A stretch of 57,166 nt of DNA, the filler included, from Dirinaria sp. TL-2023a (Eukaryota): assembly GCA_051941275.1 (NCBI GenBank). It is 5 parts of 5 records of this genome, joined end to end, with 100 filler letters (N's around TTAATTAATTAA, not from the genome) between each part and the next. Parts side by side here need not be neighbours in the genome. Positions count along the whole stretch, not along the records: positions 45,837 to 57,166 come from JAVEBF010000852.1; 4 more parts are not named here. One strand, 5' to 3'. Each line of letters starts with the position of its first letter. Position 1 is the stretch's first letter. A model generated the notes under the pieces. The model worked only from the letters and a program-made list of their open reading frames with translations. It was not told the DNA's origin and did not search any database. Positions 48,801 to 57,166 of the stretch are shown in pieces. The translations under genes and the position numbers were made by a program.

Positions 48801-49591
48801 TTCGGGATGACAAACAGGACGAATGAGATGGCATTGAACCAGTCCACCATTGAAGAAGCACTGTCAAACAGACAAGCCGTGAACCTTCAATCTGTATCAC
48901 AGAGGAAAGGAAATGAATCAATGCGGTAAAAAGGAGGCAAAGGAACAAGCATGTATTCCTGCTAGCGTATAGGTTATAAACTCACCTGTTTTTGGAAATC
49001 TTCAAGTCTCGCTGACACTTCGTCCCTGTCTAACCCGTACGTTACTAAGGACCATGGAAGATCGTTCCATGGTCGCCCCAGTAGCCGCTCACAGTACACA
49101 GCACTCCGATAGCCAGTCCACAGCGCCAAGCGAAATGCTCGCACAGCATGCTCTAGGTATTCCTCCACGGAACTTGACGCACAGACGACCGCTGCTGGCA
49201 GAACCCCCGAACAAAATCCAGCTACCTCTCGGATCTGATCCCAGCGAGCTGCGTACGAGGAAGCTGACTGAGTCGCGTATGCCAAGTAGCGTAGAAGTTG
49301 GTGTAAGGCGATTGTTGTTCCCTGGATGATTGGATTCTCATGGAATTCCACATCCGGGCACAGGAGGCTTTCAGGGGATATGAAGCATTTCGAATGGTCA
49401 CCAAAGACCCTAGAATTCCCCGAAGCCAGAACATGAAGGTCTTCAAGAAAGACCGCGTGACACCTTGATAGAAGTATGGCTGCCGCGGTAGAGGATTTGG
49501 CATCTGCCGCCGCTGTGGAGGCACTTTGGGGAGAGAAAAGATGCTGCGAGCCTTGCCCACCAAACAAGATGATTTTCCTATGATTATTCAT
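45837..49591 (-). CDS. Non-reducing type I polyketide synthase (SAT-KS-AT...), 3' end truncated by the contig edge
   Basis: SAT motifs ILFGGQGS and GFCSG; KS motifs DTACSSSL, EAHGTGTQAGD and KGNIGHSEAASG; AT motifs VFVFSGQG and GH|SLGEY. Introns 48615-48985 and 46153-46197. Confidence 0.93.
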
Positions 49592-50092
49592 GTTATATAG
49601 CGCAATAAAATATTACACCGTCCCAGCCGAGGAATATGAGAAGCGGATTCTGTTCCACACCAGACTTTAGAGGGCGAAGGGGGAAGTAGAAGAGGACGAA
49701 GACATAAGACCCGTCTTTGAGTTTCCGACCAGCGGTGAAAAGCAACAAAGGATGACTTCATTAAAACCCGCTGTGATTGCAAGGAAGTCTTCGAATGGTA
49801 TCCACCTGGTATCCACCTCGATGATGACCATTGATGGACCGGAGTACCTTCCCTGGAATTCATGCTACTAGCGCTAGGTATGGAAACCCGGAGATTTACG
49901 AATTCCTACCTTAGACAGCTTGGTAGAGATGACGGCATGGCTCGGTGTTTGGAGGATGACGTTGCTGAGAGACCTTTTCTGGCGATGTCTCGCGGAGGTG
50001 TTGTAAGCTTCCATCATGACTGCCGATATACAAGCAGAGCTTGGAAACCCCACGAAAACCTTTCAGTGAAAACCATTCCACATCTAGCAGCC

Positions 50093-53000
50093 ATGGGATC
50101 ATATTCGCCGTCGTTTGAGCGCCCGAATTTCAGATTGGTCCTTGATCAATCAGCAGCCGAAGCCGAATCAATTCGATCTTTACCAGATCTGGTTCTTTTC
50201 AATGCTCTCTATAACCCTCAGGCCATATTCTGTGCACAAATCCAGCAGTCAAAGATACCGCAGAACGACTTTGAGATAGTCGAAGTGACTTTCCTCGAGC
50301 TTGCACATGCTGTGGAGCGATGCTGCCAATGGATCTTGTCAAATATTGGCGGAGTCTATCCAGCGAAGGTCTTTGAGGATGGCGAAGTCCAAAAAGGTCC
50401 TCCGCTTGCGTTGTTTCTCGAGAGCGACCTCACGCTCTTCATCTACATCGCTGCCCTGCTAACTCTGAACATCCCGGTGGGCATAATTTGCAGCCCTTTT
50501 GCAGCCCTGCCGGTCGTTTTCTTGACTAACGCTTAAATTGCTTCTTTTAGTGTCTACTGCTGTCCATTAGACTTAACCCTCAAGCCGTTCGTCATCTGCT
50601 GAAAAGGACTGGAAGCGTTTCGGTCATTGTCTCCAGCCGCACACACACCAATGTAGAAGCTGCCCTGGGGGATACCAATAATGGCGAGATTGCGGCTGGC
50701 ATGGTTACTGGCGCAACATTCGAAACGTTCCTTTCGACTTCTACAAGCGCAAATTCCTACGTAGACCGGTTTCACAATGGCAGACGCGTTGTACGAGAGA
50801 ACGATCGCAATGTTCTCATACTCCACAGTTCCGGTACCACAGGTAGGTGTAAAGTCCTGCTTCCATGTCCTGTTGATGAACCGTAATATACAGGATTGCC
50901 GAAAGGCATCCCGCTCGCGCATCGTTACGTACTTGGATATGCCGGATGCCATGAGTTCTCCGCCGACGAGGACATGTCGCAGGCAGGGTACAACCTATCC
51001 ACCTTGCCAATGTTCCATGTACGTTGACGCTTCTGGTTCCTTGTTTGCTTTACCATGCTGACCGGCCGGGAGGGTTTCGGAGTGCTGGCACCCAGCCTAG
51101 CGTTGTCAGTCGGCAAACCTGTATGGTTCCCACCGTCGACCACTGTGCCCAATGGCAGCCTCGTCATCTCGTTACTCAAGCATGGGGGCGGGCGGATCAC
51201 GTCTCTCATGACGGTGCCGACCATCTTGGAGGACATCACGTTGATGCCTGACTTCGAGTCTGAAGCCGTCCCGCGATTGGCGTCGCTCGACTTTGTTGCC
51301 GTTGGGGGTGGAGGGATCAAGAGCTCTGTGGGGTCCGTACTGCATTCTTGGCGTGTCCAGCTCCTAAACCATTTTGGGGCAACGGAGTTAGGGGCTCTTG
51401 CGCCGATTTTCGTCCCAAGCCAACAGCCGCAATACCACTGGTCTTATCTCAGAATCCGGTCCGACCTGGGTCTTCAGTTGGAAACTGTCGAACAGCATGG
51501 TGATACGCGCACATGCAAGCTCGTCGGCTACCCATTCGCCTGGGGCTCGAGGTTCGAGTTGCAGGACCACCTGGAGGCTAACCCTCGCAATCCCAACGCC
51601 GAAGTGAAGATTCTTGGTAGGAAGGACGACCTGATAGTCCTTGCGACGGGGGAGAAGTTGCTGCCTCATCCGTTGGAAAATGCTTTGGAGCAAGACCCTT
51701 TGATCAGGCGCGCTGTTGTTTTCGGCAGCGGTCAATTTGAGATTGGTCTACTCATTGAACCGCGCTCGAGCGACTATGGGTCACCGGAGGCTTTCACCGA
51801 GAACATATGGCCCAAGGTAGCCAAGGCGAGCGAGCTGATGGATGATCATGGGCGTATCTCATCAAAGACCGCCATCCTCGTCAAACCACGCGGGAAAACC
51901 ATTCCACTGACCGACAAAGGTTCCGTGAAGCGCAACGAAGTTTACGCTGCCTTCGAATCCGAGATCAATGCCGTGTACGAGAAGATCGCACAGGACGACA
52001 CGGGCAGCTCGCTAGTTTCTATCGACCTTGCCAACCCAAAGCCAGCGCTGCGGGAAATTGCTCAAGCATGTCTGCCAGATCACGTCAAACCCGATGCGTG
52101 GGACGATGCTAGTGATTTTATCGCTCTAGGAATGGACTCGTTGCGAGCCACCAAGCTCCGTAGAGTCCTTGGCGCATCCCTGCGTACTTCAAAGCATACT
52201 ACGGTCTCCAAACGTGACCTTCCTTTGGACATCATCTATTCACACCCCTCTGTATGTAGCCTAGCCACCGCACTTCAAATGTGGCTTCAAGGTTCATTGT
52301 CAGAATCAAGTACAGCGGAAAAGATGCAAAGCCTGGTCAGCAAATACGCTTATTACTACCAGCACGCACCATCGCTAGAGCTGAAGGGAGACGTCGTGCT
52401 CATTACCGGTACTACCGGTAATCTTGGCGCCAACATCCTTCATACCTTGTGCGAAGAGCCCCGTGTTTGCCGAGTCATCTGTCTGATAAGGCCCGCTTCT
52501 GGAGACGTGAATGCTTCTGAAAACATTCTGTCAGCGCGGCAGCAGAAAGCCTTTGAGGCCCGCGGCATTACACTTTCGTTGGAGGCCTCATCTAAGATCG
52601 ACTTTTTACCATGGCTCCCAGATAGGGAAAATTTAGGACTAGGCGAAGAAGTGGTTCAATACTTGGCTTCTAATGTCACTCATATTTTCCACGGCGCTTG
52701 GCCGATGGACTTCAGGGTCAAAGTACAATCTTTGGAGCCTCAAATCAAAGCTGTACGTGAGCTCATCCATCTTGGGCGGCTTGCAAGTGCTGCGAGACCT
52801 CACCTCAAAATCAGAGTTGTACTGGCCTCGTCAATAGCCGTTGTTGGGCGATACCTAGAAAATGCGCACTCTACAGTCGTACCTGAAAAGCCAGTGAATG
52901 ATCCTAAAATTCCTTTGCCAATCGGATATGCTGAAGCGAAGTGGGTGTGCGAGAAGGTGATGGAGAGCGCTCAGAAAACTTTTAGCGACATTGAGCCTGT

Positions 53001-53572
53001 TATATTACGAATCGGTCAGTTGACCGGATCTAGCACCACAGGTTACTGGAGTACTAAAGAGCATTTCCCTGCACTGGTTGAGGCATCCCGAGCCATGGGT
53101 GTTATGCCCGATCTACAAGGCGTAAGTGCCACTCACATATCAAAACACCTGGCTTATTTACTGATCAATACTGCAGTCGCTTTCATGGATTCCAGTAGAT
53201 CGTGCGGCCCAAGTTGCTGCTGAGATATTGCTAGGGACTGGGTTGCGCGAACTGGTTTATCACCTCGAGAATCCTATCAGACAGTCCTGGCCAGATATGT
53301 GCACCGTGATCGAACGCAGCCTCTCTCTTCAAGTTGGCAGACGACTACCCTTTCAAGAGTGGCTCGACAAAATGTTGGCTGGAAAAGGCAGCTCAGAAAG
53401 TCTTAAGGACTTCTTCCAAAATCACTTCTTACACATGGCATGCGGAAGCCTGATTCTTGACACTAAAGCAGCTCGAAACGTGTCACTAACGCTGAAGTCT
53501 GCTGGTGCTGTTGACATGGCAACTGTCGAATTGTATCTCGATTTTTGGAGGAAATCGGGGTTTTTCACCTGA
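50093..53572 (+). CDS. NRPS-like carboxylic acid reductase (A-T-R), 5 exons
   Basis: A domain: HSSGTTG|LPK, LPMFH|GFG, FGATELG and GRKDD; T domain: DFIALGMDSL; R domain: ITGTTGNLG, GYAEAKW and RIGQLTG. No C domain. Introns 50477-50550, 50843-50893, 51019-51072 and 53122-53176. Confidence 0.92.
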
Positions 53573-54346
53573 TTTCAGTAGCCGATACATGTACCGCGGG
53601 ATCAAATGCGCAATAGCTTGCACATCTGGAGAAAATAAGATCGTGCAATCATTCCGTGCTCTCGTCTAGAATTTCTCATGTTGAGCAGCTTATCAACCGG
53701 CATGACGCACCGGACGGCCTGCCAAGCGAGGCTGTCAGATCCTCACTATACCTAATCCTCAACTTAAATCCTCTTATAGACCCGCACTTTGCTCGGTTCC
53801 TTCTGCAAAAATCTCTCTATTGCGATTTCGACTCATGTTCTCATTTGTCACTGCCTGGTTTTTGGTAAGGGATGAGCCTGGCTCCGGTCTACGCGTACCC
53901 AATGGTTTTTGTGTACTTCTGGAGTTGTGGGTATTAGGCACGTCTGGAGCCTTTAGCACATGTAGGCTCGTTTATTACAATTGGCATCCTTTCGTATGGA
54001 GTATGGCTTTAAGATATTGCGAGATCTGGCGTATGTCGGTGGCCTCTTGGTGGTCGATCGTATAACTACTCACCGATCCCGATTTGTCGGTATGCATCAA
54101 GCCTCAATTCTCGCCTAGTTTAGCGCACCTACGTATATCACTCTGCTCCGCATTCGCTTTGACAGCTGGTGGAGCTGTTTTGCGTCATTGTAAGCATCGT
54201 TTTGCGAGTTGGGACCGGAGTCTACAACCGTCAGCTACGGCCAAAAGCACGCTTATACGCGGGTGAGAGAGCTCTGCAAGGACGAAAGCCAGTCGCCAGT
54301 AAGTGAAGCACGGGTTCGTCACCAGAGCAATTCAAACATTTTCATC

Positions 54347-56974
54347 ATGGCAACCACGGTTCCAGCGCAGACATGGAAAACGGGCTTTGTGATGCCCAGT
54401 GAGAAGCCGACTTGGAACAACAAGGAATTCTACACCTCAGAAAAAGGCGAAAGAGCACACTATATTATCCCTCCGGTTAAAGAGCCGCTAACTTCGACCG
54501 TCCACAACTCCTTGGGTCTGAATGCGCTCAGAAGCTGGCCGACCATCTACAATGGCACTGAGTCGCCGCATGGAGCGCCAGATTGGTGGGATCCATCAGA
54601 CGAGGTCGATGTCTTGATATGCGGCGGTGGGTCTTTCTTATGTGCTACTACGTAATTAAGTCGAGAGCGTGCTGAGAGTGTTCGCAAAAATAGCTGGTCC
54701 ATTTGGCCTAGAGGTAGCGCTCAGCCTCGCAAGACAAGGGGTCAGCTTCCGGATCATAGGTGAATAGCGTGAAGATTCTGCACCAGTCGGGCACCAATTG
54801 ACAATTTTCTCCAGACAAAGCTGAAACGCCACTTCTGGCCGGCCGCGCCGATGCGATCCAGCCGCGTTCCCTAGAATATCTTGAGAATTGGGGCCTGGTC
54901 AGCGAGATCGCCGAAGAAGGCCCGCTGCTGAATCACACTGCCATGTTCAAGGACGGCACCAAGATGCTCTACGGCCCGACCTTCTTGTCCGACTCCCGAT
55001 ATCGCGGCTTGCATGTCATCAGTCAGGGCCAGATAGAGAAAATCTATGTGCGGGACTTGATGCGTCATCGGGCTCTGGTCGAGCGGTGCACCGTGATTGA
55101 TAGCTTCGAGATCAGGAGCGAGCGCGAATGCTCGCATCCAGTACTGGCAACAATCAAGCATACGAAGTCTGGAAGACTGAGGACTGTTAAAGCTAAATAC
55201 CTCGTCGGCGCCGAGGGCGCTGCTAGCAGTATCAGGAAGCAGTTGCAAATTCCCTTTGATGGCACTACGACGGACATTCACTGGGGGATTATGGACTGTA
55301 AATTCGAGAGTGACTATCCCTATATCACTACCTTTGGGTACTGTTTCCTAGAGCAAGCTTCAATCGGCGCAACGACTGACGGCCTTGAATAGGGTTTTTA
55401 TGAACAAAGATCACGGAGGATGCATTATCGTGCCGCGGGAAGATGGCTACACCAGGTATAAACCCTGCCATCGGTCGTGGAACGTGTTATTAACGGTCTC
55501 AACTTGCACACAGAATCTACACAAAGCTCAGCGCGGAGAGGGTCAAAGAGTTGGTCGAAGACCATCGTGAAGCAGGCGGTAGAGTGGATATCCATTCCAT
55601 CACAGCCGAAGAAGTGCTCGAACAAACCAACAGAGTTTTCGCTCCCTACACTGTTAAATTCGCCTCCTCTCTAAGCTGGTTTGCCGTCTGGAAAAGTAAG
55701 TCCGCTTTCGACCAAATTCCGCTTGCCCCTAAGTCCCTTCACGTAGTCTTCTCGCTCATCACTACATCCGTTTCCCATACTACAACTCCAATCTAAATCT
55801 CACAATTACAGTCTCTGAACGCGTCGCCCGCTCATTCTCCTCGCCCGATTTCCGCGTCCACCTCGGCGGCGACGCGGCTCACGTGCACTCCGTCCTTGGC
55901 GCATTCGGACTCAACTCGTCCATCTTCGACGCCTCAAACTTGAGCTGGAAGCTTGGGCTCTGCGCACGGAACCTTGCCAACCCGCACGCCATCCTGCCCA
56001 GCTATGACACCGAGCGCCGGCTCTTTGCCAACCGCGTCATCCGCACCAGCGGCGCCTACCTGCGCTTCATCTGCGGGACTAACATCCCCTTGGCGCCTTT
56101 GAAAGGCCAGGGCGACGAACCGGAGACGTATATGGAGGATATGCCGCCGTTGGACGGGACCCGGGAAGGGGATCTAGCATGGTGCGGAGCTTTCTTTGAG
56201 AAGAACGCCAATTTCCTTCTCGGCGTCGATGTGCCGCGAACAAGCAGCACTGTCTGTCCACCTATGCACGACGACAACAACAACAAAATTCCAAGACCGA
56301 TCTCAATCATCAACGGTGCACGGGCCCCAAGCCCACGTGTCTGCTTCGAGCAAAGCAAGACGGGGTACCTATACGACACGATGGTCGGCGCATCACGCTT
56401 CCACCTGCTAATCTTCGGCTCCGACCTGCAAGGCCCCGTCCGCGACCGCGTGGCGACCTTCTCGCAGCAGGCACTGGGTCCCAAAGGTTTCGTTGCCCGC
56501 TACGGCGGGAAGCAAATGTTCAATGTCGTGCTGGTGCTCAAAGCGCTACCGGACGAAAGCGCGGCGCTGCTCGCGGACGCGGATCTGATGTTCTTGAAGG
56601 AGACAGCAGCGACGGTGGTCTACGATGACCGCGCGCCGGACCAAGACGCGCATTACTGGTACGGGATCAATCACGCGCGAGGGGCGGTGGTGGCCGTGCG
56701 CCCGGATCTGTGGGTGGGAATGAGTATATGGCCGGAAGAATGCAGGGCGATGGAGGATTATTTCTCGAGTTTCCTCGTGGAGCAGCGGAATGGAGGGTTT
56801 GGGAAACTTGATATACGGAGTAACGGCTTTCTTCATGATGATGGACTTGATGGGCAAATGAATCTGAAGGGCAAAGAAGTTTTTGTCGATCCTAATGGGC
56901 GTGCAGAACACAAGAAGAACCAGCATTCAAATGAGGATGTAAAGGCGGTCAATGGAAAAATACGCGGTGCGTAG
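54347..56974 (+). CDS. FAD-dependent monooxygenase (phenol 2-monooxygenase-like, with thioredoxin-like C-terminal domain), 6 exons
   Basis: VDVLICG|AGPFGL, GRADAIQPR, AKYLVGAEGA, RVHLGGDAAHVHS, SYDTERR and VAVRPDLWVG; introns 54627-54693, 54760-54814, 55338-55392, 55456-55513 and 55696-55811. Confidence 0.88.
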
Positions 56975-57166
56975 AAGTAGAAATCAGCGCCATCCATGTT
57001 TCGAGCGAAGAAATTGGAATGATGGATTAGAAGAATGGTTTTAGGGAGACTTTTGGTGTAGCGTAGGAAACGGGCAATCTTAATGATCGCCATACAAACT
57101 TTTCACAAAATGGAAAGTATAGGAGTGTATTAGAAAGGACAAACAAAATAAATCTTCTCTCATCCC

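Noticed and set aside
42679..49591. MCM10/RNH202 as neighbours or self-resistance genes of the PKS cluster
   Set aside because: They are separated by the artificial linker at 45737-45836.
1..57166. tRNA, rRNA, transposase, LTR or CRISPR features
   Set aside because: None were recognisable by eye; a tRNAscan, Rfam or RepeatModeler run would be needed to exclude small elements.

Overview
This is eukaryotic DNA from a filamentous ascomycete (Pezizomycotina), with short GT-AG introns and CTRAY branch points. A lichen-forming lineage is possible but cannot be shown from the sequence. The window is not one locus. It is five separate contigs of 11377, 11370, 11345, 11344 and 11330 bp, in descending length order, joined by artificial 100-bp linkers (N44-TTAATTAATTAA-N44). 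Contig 1 holds a SAD-1-like RNA-dependent RNA polymerase with a GC-AG intron and a multi-exon orphan coiled-coil protein. Contig 2 holds an insulin-degrading enzyme/Ste23 (mitochondrial-type presequence plus C-terminal SKL), a Sec14/CRAL-TRIO protein, a Gfo/Idh/MocA oxidoreductase and a small secreted 4-Cys protein. Contig 3 holds a GH32 invertase, a Caps_synth/GT32-like glycosyltransferase, a phosphatidylserine decarboxylase and a Zn2Cys6 transcription factor whose zinc cluster is split by an intron, so the ORF track misses it. Contig 4 holds an F-box-like hypothetical protein, seipin, a SurE-TTL (Pby1-like) fusion, and RNase H2 subunit B and MCM10 sharing an MCB-box bidirectional promoter. 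Contig 5 is a truncated secondary-metabolite cluster: a non-reducing PKS, an A-T-R carboxylic-acid reductase and a flavin monooxygenase. The best leads are this cluster, the hidden Zn2Cys6 factor, a splice-or-stop switch in the SurE-TTL gene, and an identical TAAGGTACCTTA palindrome in two divergent promoters. All exon structures were derived by hand and no database searches were run.
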